Assembly (NCBI GenBank): GCA_902583685.1 | Contig: CACHWO010000001.1 | Span: 4,833-68,832 of the forward strand | DNA: 64,000 nt | Direction of reading: 5' to 3' | DNA from: an uncultured Pelagibacteraceae bacterium | GTDB lineage: Bacteria; Pseudomonadota; Alphaproteobacteria; Pelagibacterales; Pelagibacteraceae | Shown: positions 37,973 through 47,747 of the stretch, one piece after another | Position numbering within the stretch: the first letter of the stretch is position 1 | How the letters are laid out: each line of letters begins with the position of its first letter | Notes under the pieces: model-generated | Told to the model about the DNA's origin: nothing | The model's database searches: none | What the model saw: the letters and a program-made list of their open reading frames with translations, nothing else | Position numbers and translations under genes: made by a program

Positions 37973-38515
37973 GTGCAAAAAAAATCAAATTATTTTTATA
38001 GAAAACCCAAAATATCTTTACCAAGAACAAATCACCGAATTAAAAGTTTAGATGTCCAAGTTATAGATAGTAATGGAGAAAACCTTGGAGTTCTTCCTAT
38101 AAAAAAAGCAATTGATATAGCAAAACAGGATAATTTAGATTTAATAGAAATTTCTCCAAACGCCAACCCCCCTGTTTGTAAAATTATGGATATGGGAAAA
38201 TATAAATATGATATGCAAAAAAAAGCTAGCAAAGCAAAAAAAAATCAAAAAACTGTATCTTTGAAAGAGCTTAAACTCAGACCAGTAACTGAAATTCATG
38301 ATTATAATTTTAAAATCAAAAATGCGAAAAAATTTTTAACCAAAGGAGACAAAGTAAAGTTTACAGTTAAATTTAAAGGTAGAGAAATGCAATTTACCGA
38401 CCAAGGTAAAAATTTGATGGATAGAATTATAGAAGATACAAAAGAGTTAGGAAAAGTTGAAGTTAGCCCTAAATTTGAGGGCAAACAGATGATTATGATA
38501 ATTCAGCCTAACTAA
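37973..38515 (+). CDS. infC: translation initiation factor IF-3 (GTG start)
   Basis: 180 aa ORF with the IF-3 N and C domains (LDLIEISPNANPPVCKIMD, KELKLRP). The first codon after two in-frame stops (TAA TAA) is GTG. Confidence 0.85.
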   Translation: MQKKSNYFYRKPKISLPRTNHRIKSLDVQVIDSNGENLGVLPIKKAIDIAKQDNLDLIEISPNANPPVCKIMDMGKYKYDMQKKASKAKKNQKTVSLKELKLRPVTEIHDYNFKIKNAKKFLTKGDKVKFTVKFKGREMQFTDQGKNLMDRIIEDTKELGKVEVSPKFEGKQMIMIIQPN

Positions 38516-38571
38516 TTTTGTTTTGTTTAAACTTGTAAACTAAAAGCAAAGATTATATAAAACCTACACTT

Positions 38572-38778
38572 ATGCCAAAACTAAAAACAAAAAGTTCAGC
38601 AAAAAAACGATTTAGAATTACAAAGTCTGGAAAAGTAAAAATGCCCCAGGCTAATAAACGTCACGGAATGATTAAAAGAACTAATTCACAAATCAGAAAA
38701 CAAAGAGGCACGACAATAATGTCGAAACAAGACTCAAAAATAGTTAAGTCTTATATGCCATACAGCTTGAGAGGTTAA
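38572..38778 (+). CDS. rpmI: 50S ribosomal protein L35
   Basis: 68 aa ORF starting [14 protein letters not shown]. It sits in the canonical infC-rpmI-rplT order. Confidence 0.9.
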   Translation: MPKLKTKSSAKKRFRITKSGKVKMPQANKRHGMIKRTNSQIRKQRGTTIMSKQDSKIVKSYMPYSLRG

Positions 38779-38780
38779 AA

Positions 38781-39137
38781 ATGTCTAGAACTAAACGAGG
38801 TGTAACGAGTAGAGCGAGGCATAAAAAAGTTTTTAAAGCCGTAAAAGGTCAATTTGGAAGAAGAAAAAATACAATCCGTATAGCCCGTCAGGCTATGGAA
38901 AAGGCTTTACAGTATGCTTATAGAGATAGGCGAAATAAAAAAAGGGAATTCAGGTCGTTGTGGATACAAAGAATTAATGCAGGAGTAAGATCTGAAGGTT
39001 TAACATACTCTAAGTTTATCAACGGATTAAATAAGTCTAAAATTAAATTGGATAGAAAAGTATTAGCTGATTTAGCTTACAATAATCCAGAAGCTTTCAA
39101 ATCGCTTGTCAAAAAAGTTCAGTTATCAATAAAATAA
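38781..39137 (+). CDS. rplT: 50S ribosomal protein L20
   Basis: 118 aa ORF with [23 protein letters not shown]. Confidence 0.95.
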   Translation: MSRTKRGVTSRARHKKVFKAVKGQFGRRKNTIRIARQAMEKALQYAYRDRRNKKREFRSLWIQRINAGVRSEGLTYSKFINGLNKSKIKLDRKVLADLAYNNPEAFKSLVKKVQLSIK

Positions 39138-39178
39138 ACTTGTTTTTTCTTTTTCAAAGTTAGAGTAAAAACTAACAA

Positions 39179-40234
39179 ATGGCAGATATACGAGAATTAA
39201 TTCAAAAAGTTTCATTGGCAAAAAACAAGTTAGAATTGCAAAATTTAAAAACTCAATTTTTAGGTAAGAATAGTCAAATTAATCAAGAATTCAAAAAGCT
39301 TGGATCACTCAACGAAGATGAAAGAAAAGTCAAAGCAACTTCATTAAATAATGAAAAACAAAAAATTAGTGAGGCAATCAATATTAGACTGAAAGAGTTA
39401 GAAAAGTTAGAAATAAACGAAAAACTTCAAAAAGATAAAGTCGATGTAACTCTTCCAGCTAGAGAGAGACCTAACGGAAAAATCCATCCAGTTTCGCAGG
39501 TAATTGATGAAATATCATCAATATTTTCTGAGATAGGTTTTTCAGTTGAAGAAGGTCCGGACGTAGAAAGTGAATATAATAATTTTACTGCTTTAAATAC
39601 TCCGGAAGATCATCCAGCAAGAGATATGCATGATACATTTTATTTAGATAAAAATAAAAAAATTTTATTAAGAACACATACTTCTCCAGTTCAAATTAGA
39701 ACAATGTTAAGTGGTAATCCCCCATTCAAAATTATTGTGCCAGGTAGAACTTATCGTTGTGATAGTGATCAAACGCATTCACCGATGTTTCACCAATTAG
39801 AGGGTTTACATATTGATAAAAATATTACTATGGGTCATCTTAAAGGCTGTTTAGATTATTTCATAAAAGAATTTTTTGAGGTAAAAAAAATTCGTATGCG
39901 ATTTAGACCCAGTCACTTCCCTTTTACAGAACCATCCGCAGAAGTTGATATTGGTTACAAATTAGAAAATGGACGAATAATTGTTGGAGAAGGTGATAAG
40001 TGGCTTGAAGTATTAGGATGTGGAATGGTTCATCCAAATGTTTTAAAAAATGCTAAGATCAATACAAAAATATTTCAAGGATTTGCGTTTGGGATGGGAA
40101 TAGATAGGCTTGCTATGTTAAAATACGGAATAAATGATTTAAGATCTTTCTTCGAAACAGATTATCGATGGTTGAATTATTTTGGTTTCGATCCACTAGA
40201 TGTCCCAACAAACTACAGAGGCTTAAGTAGATGA
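39179..40234 (+). CDS. pheS: phenylalanyl-tRNA synthetase alpha subunit
   Basis: 351 aa ORF with class II motifs, including [23 protein letters not shown] and [13 protein letters not shown]. Confidence 0.95.
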   Translation: MADIRELIQKVSLAKNKLELQNLKTQFLGKNSQINQEFKKLGSLNEDERKVKATSLNNEKQKISEAINIRLKELEKLEINEKLQKDKVDVTLPARERPNGKIHPVSQVIDEISSIFSEIGFSVEEGPDVESEYNNFTALNTPEDHPARDMHDTFYLDKNKKILLRTHTSPVQIRTMLSGNPPFKIIVPGRTYRCDSDQTHSPMFHQLEGLHIDKNITMGHLKGCLDYFIKEFFEVKKIRMRFRPSHFPFTEPSAEVDIGYKLENGRIIVGEGDKWLEVLGCGMVHPNVLKNAKINTKIFQGFAFGMGIDRLAMLKYGINDLRSFFETDYRWLNYFGFDPLDVPTNYRGLSR

Positions 40235-42636
40235 TAATTACTTTATCTTGGCTAAAAGATCATTTAAATACAAATGCAAACTTAGGAAAAATAGTTGATA
40301 AGCTTACAAATATAGGTCTTGAAGTAGAGCAAATACATGAAAACCAAAATGATTTATCTAATTTTAAAATTGTTAAAATTTTAAATACAGAAAAACATCC
40401 TAATGCCGACAAACTTAAACTTTGCGAAGTGAGTTTGGGTAATAGTAAAAAAAGTATAAAAGTTGTATGTGGAGCTTCCAATGCCAGGAGTGGACTTATA
40501 AGCGTTTATGCACCGCCAGGGTCAATAATTCCAAAAACTAAAATGAAATTGAAGGTCGCAAAAATTAGAGGTATCGAGTCACATGGAATGCTTTGTTCTG
40601 AAAGTGAATTAAATATTTCTAATGAAAGTGATGGAATTATCGAATTAAATAATAGTGAGAAAGAAATAGGTAAAAAATATTTTTCAAAAGGAGGGGAGAA
40701 ATCAATTGATATTTCAATCACACCAAACAGACCAGATTGTTTAGGTGTAAGAGGCATAGCTCGAGATTTAGCATCTACAGGGATTGGGAAACTTGTAAAT
40801 TTAAAAAAAATAAATATTAAACAAAAAAAACCACAACCCATTAAAATTTCAATTACAAAAGAAAAAAACCAAGGATGTATGTCATTTGGTGCATGTTATA
40901 TTAAAAATATAAAAAATAAAGAGAGCCCAAAGTGGTTAAAAGATAAAATTGTTTCACTTGGATTAAAACCAATATCTGCAGTTGTTGATATTACAAATTA
41001 CGTAATGTTAGATTTGAATAGACCACTACACGCTTACGATGCTAACAAAATAGATAAAGAAATCATTGTGCGAAATTCAAAACAAGGTGAGACTATAGAA
41101 GCGCTAGACGGTAAAAATTATAAGCTAGGAAATAATATGTGTGTAATTTCTGACAAAACGGGACCGTTAGGACTTGGAGGTATTATAGGGGGAACTCGCT
41201 CAGGCACAGAATTTGAAACCTCAAATATTTTACTAGAATCTGCTTATTTTCACCCAAAATCGGTTAGAAAAACTGCAAAAATTTTAGATATAGAAACCGA
41301 TGCAAAATATAGATTCGAAAGAGGAATCGATCCAAATTCAATTAAAGAGGGCCTTGAATTAGCAACCTACCTTATACTCAAAATTTGTGGCGGCGAGGCA
41401 AGTAAATTTTCTATAATAGGTAAGAACAGTATTAAAAAAAAAATAATAGAAGTAGATAACGATAAATTTAAAAAAGTAATTGGTATCCAAATTTCATCTA
41501 ATGAAATAAAAAAAATTCTTAATTCTTTAGGTTTTAAAACTAAAGTTTCAAAAAAAAATCTAAAAATTGAAATTCCAACATGGAGACCAGATGTGAAGTA
41601 CGATATCGATATTATTGAAGAACTCATAAGAATAAAAGGATTTGATAAAATCCAACTTGTCCAACCTGAAAGAAAAAGGTCGGAGGATACTTTAAATTTT
41701 GAACAAAAATTATTTCATCTATCGCAAAGAGCAATCGCATCTAAAGGTTATTTAGAAACGGTAACATGGTCATTTACAGATTCTCAAATAGATAAATTTT
41801 TTTCACAAGGAAAAAAAGAAATCGAAATTATGAACCCTATTTCAAGAGATTTAAATGTTTTAAGAAGATCGATATTTTCAAATTTAATTCTTTATATTAA
41901 AAAAAATCAAGATAGAGGTTATTTGGATCTATCATTATTTGAGATCGGACCAATTTTTTTTGGGAATCAACCAGGTGAACAACAAGTTGTTTTGGGTGGT
42001 TTAAAGTCAGGTGTCTTAAACAGAAAAAGTTGGGATACCAAACCTAGAAATATAGATGTTTTTGATGTTAAGGCTGATCTTATCAAAACATTAATCGAAC
42101 TTGGTTTAAAAGAGAGAGACCTCTACATTTCAAACAAAGCTCCAGATTATTACAATCCGGTAAGAGCTGGTTTAATTAATTATAGATCAAATAATGGACC
42201 ACAACTAGCTTTTTTTGGAGAAGTACATCCTGCCATTATTTCTAGCATTGATTTAAAAGAGAAAAATGTTTGTGGTTTTGAAATTTTTCTAAAAAATATT
42301 CCAGAGCCAGATAAAAAATTTAGATTATTAAGAAAAAATTATTTAGTTTCTGAATATCAAAAATCAGAAAGAGATTTTGCATTTATTATTGATAAAAATT
42401 ATAAAGCTGGAGATGTAGAAAAATTAATAGAAACAGTAGATAATAATTTAATAAAGAAAGTTACTATTTTTGATATTTTCGAAGGTGGAAATATGCCAGA
42501 TGGAAAAAAATCTATCGCTGTAAACGTGGTAATTCAATCAATGGAGAAAACACTTTCAGAAAAAGATTTAAACGAAGTAAGTCAAAAAATAATTAAAATT
42601 GTCGAAACCAAAATTGGTGGAACAATTAGATCCTAA
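40231..42636 (+). CDS. pheT: phenylalanyl-tRNA synthetase beta subunit
   Basis: 801 aa ORF with tRNA-binding, B3/4, B5 and FDX-ACB domains. It overlaps pheS by 4 nt. Confidence 0.9.
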   Translation: MIITLSWLKDHLNTNANLGKIVDKLTNIGLEVEQIHENQNDLSNFKIVKILNTEKHPNADKLKLCEVSLGNSKKSIKVVCGASNARSGLISVYAPPGSIIPKTKMKLKVAKIRGIESHGMLCSESELNISNESDGIIELNNSEKEIGKKYFSKGGEKSIDISITPNRPDCLGVRGIARDLASTGIGKLVNLKKINIKQKKPQPIKISITKEKNQGCMSFGACYIKNIKNKESPKWLKDKIVSLGLKPISAVVDITNYVMLDLNRPLHAYDANKIDKEIIVRNSKQGETIEALDGKNYKLGNNMCVISDKTGPLGLGGIIGGTRSGTEFETSNILLESAYFHPKSVRKTAKILDIETDAKYRFERGIDPNSIKEGLELATYLILKICGGEASKFSIIGKNSIKKKIIEVDNDKFKKVIGIQISSNEIKKILNSLGFKTKVSKKNLKIEIPTWRPDVKYDIDIIEELIRIKGFDKIQLVQPERKRSEDTLNFEQKLFHLSQRAIASKGYLETVTWSFTDSQIDKFFSQGKKEIEIMNPISRDLNVLRRSIFSNLILYIKKNQDRGYLDLSLFEIGPIFFGNQPGEQQVVLGGLKSGVLNRKSWDTKPRNIDVFDVKADLIKTLIELGLKERDLYISNKAPDYYNPVRAGLINYRSNNGPQLAFFGEVHPAIISSIDLKEKNVCGFEIFLKNIPEPDKKFRLLRKNYLVSEYQKSERDFAFIIDKNYKAGDVEKLIETVDNNLIKKVTIFDIFEGGNMPDGKKSIAVNVVIQSMEKTLSEKDLNEVSQKIIKIVETKIGGTIRS

Positions 42637-44444
42637 TGTCAGATATCAACAAAGTAAGAAATTTTGCGATTATCGCACATATTGATCATGGTAAATCGAC
42701 AATTGCTGATAGGATGATACAAATATGCGGAGGCTTGTCAGCAAGAGAGATGAAAGAGCAGGTTCTCGATTCAATGGAAATTGAAAGAGAAAGAGGGATT
42801 ACAATCAAAGCACAAACAGTAAAATTAAATTATAAATCTAAAGATGGGAAAGATTATATTCTAAATATAATAGACACTCCGGGCCATGTTGATTTTAGCT
42901 ATGAAGTAAGCCGTTCTCTTTTAGCTTGTGAAGGATCCGTTCTAATAGTTGATAGTTCACAAGGTGTTGAAGCTCAAACTTTAGCAAATGTATACCAGGC
43001 TATTGACTCAAATCACCAAATTATACCTGTTCTTAATAAAATTGATCTACCTGCATCTGATACAGAAAAGGTAAAAAAACAAATAGAGGATGTAATTGGT
43101 ATTGATACATCAAAAGCTATTTCGTGTTCTGGAAAAACTGGAGATGGTATTGATAGAATTCTTGAGTCAATCGTAAGTGATTTACCTGCTCCAGAAGGGA
43201 ATATAAATTCAAAGCTTAAAGCTCTATTAGTTGATAGCTGGTATGATAGCTACTTGGGTGTTGTAATCTTGGTAAGAATTATTGATGGAAAGATTAAAAA
43301 AGGAATGAAAATAAAATTAATGTCTACAAATCAAGATTATGATATTGAAAAAGTTGGTATTTTTACTCCAAAAGCTAAAGACATTGATGAATTGCGTGCA
43401 GGAGAAATAGGTTTCATTATAACAGGTATTAAAAGTTTGTCTGAAACAAAAGTTGGAGACACAATTTGTGACCCAAACAATACTTTAGAAAAACCACTAC
43501 CAGGATTTAAGCCCAGCAAACCAGTAGTATTTTGTGGTTTATTTCCTGTAGATAGTTCTGAATATCAAAAGCTTAAAGACGGTCTAGCTAAACTAAAGTT
43601 AAACGACTCAAGCTTTTCTTTTGAGCCAGAGTCATCTAGTGCGCTCGGATTAGGTTTTAGATGTGGATTTTTAGGTCTTTTGCATCTAGAAATTATAACG
43701 CAAAGACTTGAAAGAGAATTCGATATTAATTTAATCACAACAACTCCTGGTGTTGTTTATAAAGTTAATAAAATAAATAATGAGGTTGTTGATCTTCAAA
43801 ACCCAACAACAATGCCAGATCCGTCACAAATAAAATTTATTGAAGAACCATGGATAAAAGCAACAATTATTACCCCTGACGAGTTTCTTGGATCAATTAT
43901 AAAAATCTGTCAGGATAAAAGAGGTATCCAAAAAGATTTATCATATTCAGGTAATAGAGCCGTATTAGTTTACGAACTACCTTTAAATGAAGTAGTCTTC
44001 GATTTTTATGATAGACTAAAATCGATTACAAGTGGATATGCAAGTTTTGATTACGAGATAACAGGCTATAAAGAGGGTAATTTAGTTAAACTTGGTATTC
44101 TGGTTAATAATGAGTCAGTCGATGCATTATCAATGATTATTCACAAAGACTTTGCACAACAACAAGGAAGATTAGTTTGTGAGAAATTGAAGGATTTAAT
44201 TCCAAGACATAACTTCATGATTCCTATTCAAGCCGCAATTGGTGGAAAAATTATTGCTAGAGAGAGTATCAAGGGCTTTAAAAAAGATGTCTTGACTAAA
44301 ATACATGGCGGTGGTGCTCGTGACCGTAAAAGAAAATTATTAGAAAAGCAAAAAAAAGGTAAAGCTCGATCAAAACAGTTTGGAAGAGTTGAAATACCAC
44401 AAGAAGCTTTTATAGGTGTACTAAAAATAAACAAAGAAACATAA
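42636..44444 (+). CDS. lepA: elongation factor 4
   Basis: 602 aa ORF with GTPase motifs [14 protein letters not shown] and NKID, plus the LepA C-terminal domain. It has a TAATG overlap with pheT. Confidence 0.95.
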   Translation: MSDINKVRNFAIIAHIDHGKSTIADRMIQICGGLSAREMKEQVLDSMEIERERGITIKAQTVKLNYKSKDGKDYILNIIDTPGHVDFSYEVSRSLLACEGSVLIVDSSQGVEAQTLANVYQAIDSNHQIIPVLNKIDLPASDTEKVKKQIEDVIGIDTSKAISCSGKTGDGIDRILESIVSDLPAPEGNINSKLKALLVDSWYDSYLGVVILVRIIDGKIKKGMKIKLMSTNQDYDIEKVGIFTPKAKDIDELRAGEIGFIITGIKSLSETKVGDTICDPNNTLEKPLPGFKPSKPVVFCGLFPVDSSEYQKLKDGLAKLKLNDSSFSFEPESSSALGLGFRCGFLGLLHLEIITQRLEREFDINLITTTPGVVYKVNKINNEVVDLQNPTTMPDPSQIKFIEEPWIKATIITPDEFLGSIIKICQDKRGIQKDLSYSGNRAVLVYELPLNEVVFDFYDRLKSITSGYASFDYEITGYKEGNLVKLGILVNNESVDALSMIIHKDFAQQQGRLVCEKLKDLIPRHNFMIPIQAAIGGKIIARESIKGFKKDVLTKIHGGGARDRKRKLLEKQKKGKARSKQFGRVEIPQEAFIGVLKINKET

Positions 44445-45469
44445 TGCAAAACAAACTTTTCATAATATCTAACGAGAAGATTTTTGGATCAGATGGAAAT
44501 TTTTTTTGTGATAATCTTGATATGAAATCAACCCCAGAGGGGCTAAAAAAAAATTTTGATATTCATATTTTAGGCAGGAACTCTAGAAAAACTAGATCAC
44601 ACAAAATAAATATAAAAAAAGTTACTTTAAGTAAAACATTTTTTAGTTATATGTATTCAATTTTTAAATCCTTTAAAGAAAAGGAAATGAAATATTTAAT
44701 AATTTCAATATCTCCATTTACATTCTTTGCATGTATTTTACTCGCTATTTTTAAAAAGAAATCAATGACTTATTTAAGAAGTGATGGATATAATGAATAC
44801 AAAAATATCTTAGGTTTTGTTGGTCCTACTATCTACCATATTATGTTTTCTATTGTTTCAAAAACCTCAATCTTTATTGGTTGCAATAAAGAAGTTCTAA
44901 AAGGACGAAAGGGAAAAATAATTTATCCATCACAATTAACTGATAAATGGTTTTTAAATCAATCATCTCCAGAGTTTAATAAAATTAAATTGTTGTATGT
45001 TGGTAGAGTAAAAGTAGAAAAAGGGGTTTATTCTTTACTAAAAATAATTAAAAATTTTAAAATAGATATTTCATTATCGATTGTTGGTGCAGAAAAAGAT
45101 AGTATAAACAGTATTAAACAAGAAAATGTAAATATTTATGGAATTGAGACGTCAGAAAATAAATTAATTGAACTTTATGATACCCACAATATATTTATTC
45201 TTCCCTCATTAACTGAAGGACACCCTATGGTTATACTAGAGTCTTTAGCGCGTTTTAGACCAGTAATTATATTCGAGGAAATCAGTCATGTTGTAGGAAA
45301 TAAAAAAGGCATTTTTATAGCCAAAAGAAATTCAGTAAGTCTCCAAGACAAGATTGAATATATAATGATCAATTACAGCAAAATAAAAGAGGATATGAAA
45401 AAAAATAATTTATCCTTAAAAAAGGATTTTTTAAAAGAATTTGAGAATTCAATTCTAAATTTTAATTAG
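44444..45469 (+). CDS. glycosyltransferase (GT4-like, GT-B fold)
   Basis: 341 aa ORF with C-terminal [23 protein letters not shown]. It has a TAATG overlap with lepA, and the last base of its stop codon is base 1 of tRNA-Ser. Confidence 0.55.
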   Translation: MQNKLFIISNEKIFGSDGNFFCDNLDMKSTPEGLKKNFDIHILGRNSRKTRSHKINIKKVTLSKTFFSYMYSIFKSFKEKEMKYLIISISPFTFFACILLAIFKKKSMTYLRSDGYNEYKNILGFVGPTIYHIMFSIVSKTSIFIGCNKEVLKGRKGKIIYPSQLTDKWFLNQSSPEFNKIKLLYVGRVKVEKGVYSLLKIIKNFKIDISLSIVGAEKDSINSIKQENVNIYGIETSENKLIELYDTHNIFILPSLTEGHPMVILESLARFRPVIIFEEISHVVGNKKGIFIAKRNSVSLQDKIEYIMINYSKIKEDMKKNNLSLKKDFLKEFENSILNFN

Positions 45470-45558
45470 GAGAGGTGGCCGAGTGGTTGAAGGCGCACGC
45501 TTGGAAAGTGTGTAAACGGGAAACCGTTTCGTGGGTTCGAATCCCACTCTCTCCGCCA
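45469..45558 (+). tRNA. tRNA-Ser (anticodon GGA)
   Basis: Folded by hand. The acceptor is GGAGAGG/TCTCTCC (one G-U). The anticodon stem is CACGC/GTGTG and the loop is TTGGAAA. The long variable arm is AAACGG-GAAA-CCGTTT, the T arm is GTGGG-TTCGAAT-CCCAC, the discriminator is G and CCA is encoded. Confidence 0.9.
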
Positions 45559-45571
45559 TTTTAAAAAATGA

Positions 45572-46492
45572 TTACTTTGTTACCACTAGTCGATTGATTG
45601 GTATTGAAAAACGTCCTTGTCTCTGGAGATCTCGACTCTCTTTTGATATTGCTAGAAGATTAGATAGCTCAGAAAGCATTATCCTGCGAGCCTCTGTTGG
45701 TAAGATGAACGAAGCATAAAAAAAACCTGCAGCAGTCTCGGCCACTTCAGTAACTGGTCCTTCCATAGATACCACGCTAGTTTCTATATTCACTTTAGCA
45801 TCTGGAAAAGCCTCATGTAAAAGATTTTTTGATGTATCTGTGCTACGTATTCTTGGATCACCTAAATCAATCTCACCATATTTAGGTATTTTTGCTTGCG
45901 CAAATCGATAGATTAAATTGTGTACATCGCTATATTTCGGCGCTGCTTTCATTGGTCCATCGACCAATGCTGCAAATCTACCACCTGAGGAAAGTACACG
46001 ATTGACTTCATCTAAAACTGGAGTAATTGGGTTCATAAGAGTTAAAGCCCAATGGCAAAGAACAACATCTATTGAATTATCATCGACTGCTGTTAAATTT
46101 TGTGCTTTTAATTCAAATAGATCAACTACACCGTCTGGTAAACGAGCTTTAGCAAGAGCTAATTCTTCAGGACACATATCAACTCCTTTTAATATAAAGT
46201 TTTTATTACGGTCGCATAAAATTTTTAATAACGGTCCGGATCCACAAGCGAGATCAAGCACACGGATACCGTTAGTGTTAGGCACAATTTCAGCTAACCA
46301 TTCATAACTATTACGTCCAGCCTTATCACGACAGATACTTGGGCACTTTTCAGTGAAACCTGCATAATTTTTATGCACACTTCTTAGATGAGCAAGAAGT
46401 GCTTTCCCATCCGGCTGTTGATTTCTAGCAAGATTTTCAGTCCAGGTAGAGTTAATAACCAACTGATTATTTATATTTTTATTTGTCATCAA
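45572..46492 (-). CDS. class I SAM-dependent methyltransferase (substrate unknown)
   Basis: 306 aa ORF with motif I VLDLACGSGPL, the post-I acidic residue in GVDMC, and SGGRFAALV (motif III-like). It overlaps the upstream PhyH gene by 14 nt. Confidence 0.7.
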   Translation of the reverse strand: MMTNKNINNQLVINSTWTENLARNQQPDGKALLAHLRSVHKNYAGFTEKCPSICRDKAGRNSYEWLAEIVPNTNGIRVLDLACGSGPLLKILCDRNKNFILKGVDMCPEELALAKARLPDGVVDLFELKAQNLTAVDDNSIDVVLCHWALTLMNPITPVLDEVNRVLSSGGRFAALVDGPMKAAPKYSDVHNLIYRFAQAKIPKYGEIDLGDPRIRSTDTSKNLLHEAFPDAKVNIETSVVSMEGPVTEVAETAAGFFYASFILPTEARRIMLSELSNLLAISKESRDLQRQGRFSIPINRLVVTK

Positions 46493-47474
46493 CTGGCCAA
46501 CAAATTGGATTTAGTGGACTGGCAGCAACATCACCAGGTTTTATATTTGGCATGAATTTTTGCCAGTCACCAGAAACCATTGTAGGATTGTTTATCACCC
46601 GTGCTCCATCTCTAAAATAAGTATTAGCTAAAGCTACTCGGCTACGATTAGTTCGATTCCTTGATGCAGTATGAAAATTTAAATTGTGATGAAAGCTAAC
46701 TTCACCCAACTCGAATGCAGTTTCATTTACTGTGACACTATTTTTTTTAAAAATTTCAGACACACCACGGTCATAGCCAGTACCGGTTTTTTCAAAAGTA
46801 ACAGCGTTAACTAATTTATGAACGTCTAATGGGTAAGCGAAAGATAGCGGCCCCATCTCAATTGGGGTTGGTTGTGCTGGCACCCAAGCAGTAACTACAT
46901 CATTAGTGTCTAATGGAAAATGATGGTCGTCAAAATGCCATGGCGTTCTACCACATCCAGATTGTTTTGCTAAAACATTGTCATGGTAAAGTCTAACTGC
47001 TGACACTCCAAGTAGATCTGCAGAAATTTGTCCAAGACGTGGTGACAATACGTATGCACGTAGAATCGTGTTTTTAGGCCAGATCATTTCAAGACTAAGG
47101 AACCGGTCATGTGCTTCTTTATCAGGATTAACATCAAATTCTTTTTTTAAAAGGTTGATTAACTCAGTTCTTAGTTTAAGTACTGCCCCTGGAGAGAAAA
47201 CTTTTTTAAGTTTAATAAAACCATTTTTTCTAAAAAAATTAATTTGGTCATTTTTCAAAGGATAAGTCTCAGCCAGTTCAGAGACAACCTCATCATCAGT
47301 CGGGATTACAACATCTGGTAAAGGTTCAGCAGTTATTATTGGATCCTTTTTATTTTCATTATCTGCTAGACCAACATACCAGTCCCACCATGCTTGATTA
47401 TCTTTATCCCAAGGCTTACTGATATCGGTGGGATCAGATTTCTTAGAATTTAATTTATCTCGAGACGCTCTCAT
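46479..47474 (-). CDS. phytanoyl-CoA dioxygenase (PhyH) family Fe(II)/2-oxoglutarate oxygenase
   Basis: 331 aa ORF with a PhyH-like start of domain (QINFFRKNGFIKLKKVFSP), an HxD facial-triad candidate WHFDDHH and a distal His in FHHNLNFH, then R..S. An N-terminal extension of about 70 aa has no recognisable motif. Confidence 0.65.
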   Translation of the reverse strand: MRASRDKLNSKKSDPTDISKPWDKDNQAWWDWYVGLADNENKKDPIITAEPLPDVVIPTDDEVVSELAETYPLKNDQINFFRKNGFIKLKKVFSPGAVLKLRTELINLLKKEFDVNPDKEAHDRFLSLEMIWPKNTILRAYVLSPRLGQISADLLGVSAVRLYHDNVLAKQSGCGRTPWHFDDHHFPLDTNDVVTAWVPAQPTPIEMGPLSFAYPLDVHKLVNAVTFEKTGTGYDRGVSEIFKKNSVTVNETAFELGEVSFHHNLNFHTASRNRTNRSRVALANTYFRDGARVINNPTMVSGDWQKFMPNIKPGDVAASPLNPICWPVDDK

Positions 47475-47592
47475 GAAAAAATTATACTATTTTTTTTGCT
47501 ATTAGTAAGTGCGCATTTTTAAGCATCGAAACAAGACCGTTTGTGGACAAAGTACTTCTATAAAACTGGTTTTTACCTTATTATTTGTAATA

Positions 47593-47682
47593 TTTGAGAT
47601 GGCCGAGTGGTTGAAGGTGCACACTTGTAAAGTGTGTAAACGGGGAACCGTTTCGTGGGTTCGAATCCCACTCTCTCCGCCA
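47593..47682 (+). pseudogene. degenerate tRNA-Ser-derived copy (anticodon position reads GTA; acceptor 5' strand destroyed)
   Basis: It is colinear with 45469-45558 and has the same 90-nt length, with 8 substitutions. Positions 1-3 are TTT instead of GGA, so 3 acceptor pairs are lost. The last 37 nt, including CCA, are identical. Confidence 0.7.
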
Positions 47683-47747
47683 TTATCAAGGATTTTATTA
47701 GCTTTTTTAAAATTGATATTAATTTTATCTTTAATAAATTACTTAAA

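Larger units (their letters stand above)
45559..47592. other. compositionally atypical 2-kb islet between tRNA-Ser and its degenerate direct copy
   Basis: The islet is bounded by 90-nt direct repeats, 82/90 identical by my alignment. Hand counts of two 60-nt lines inside gave 26/60 G+C each. A line in the adjacent glycosyltransferase gave 12/60. Confidence 0.6.

Noticed and set aside
45531-45719. 62-aa + strand ORF ([16 protein letters not shown]...)
   Set aside because: Its first codons are simply the T-arm and acceptor 3' part of tRNA-Ser read as protein. The rest runs antisense to the methyltransferase gene. The same [10 protein letters not shown] peptide appears at the second tRNA copy, confirming it is a repeat artefact.
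47536-47546. Possible third tRNA-Ser fragment (ACCGTTTGTGG versus ACCGTTTCGTGG of the variable/T arm)
   Set aside because: It matches only about 11 nt and needs an indel. That is too short to distinguish from chance without a statistical search.
47593-47682. Reading the second tRNA copy as a functional tRNA-Tyr(GUA) or missense-suppressor tRNA
   Set aside because: Positions 1-3 (TTT) cannot pair with 70-72 (TCC), leaving only 4 acceptor base pairs. No alternative 5' end restores a 7-bp stem. I treat it as a pseudogene or att remnant unless RNA data say otherwise.
47655-47747. First 31 codons of the track ORF 47655..49484
   Set aside because: They derive from the degenerate tRNA copy and AT-rich spacer. 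A proper signal peptide begins at the internal Met at 47748, so I moved the start there.
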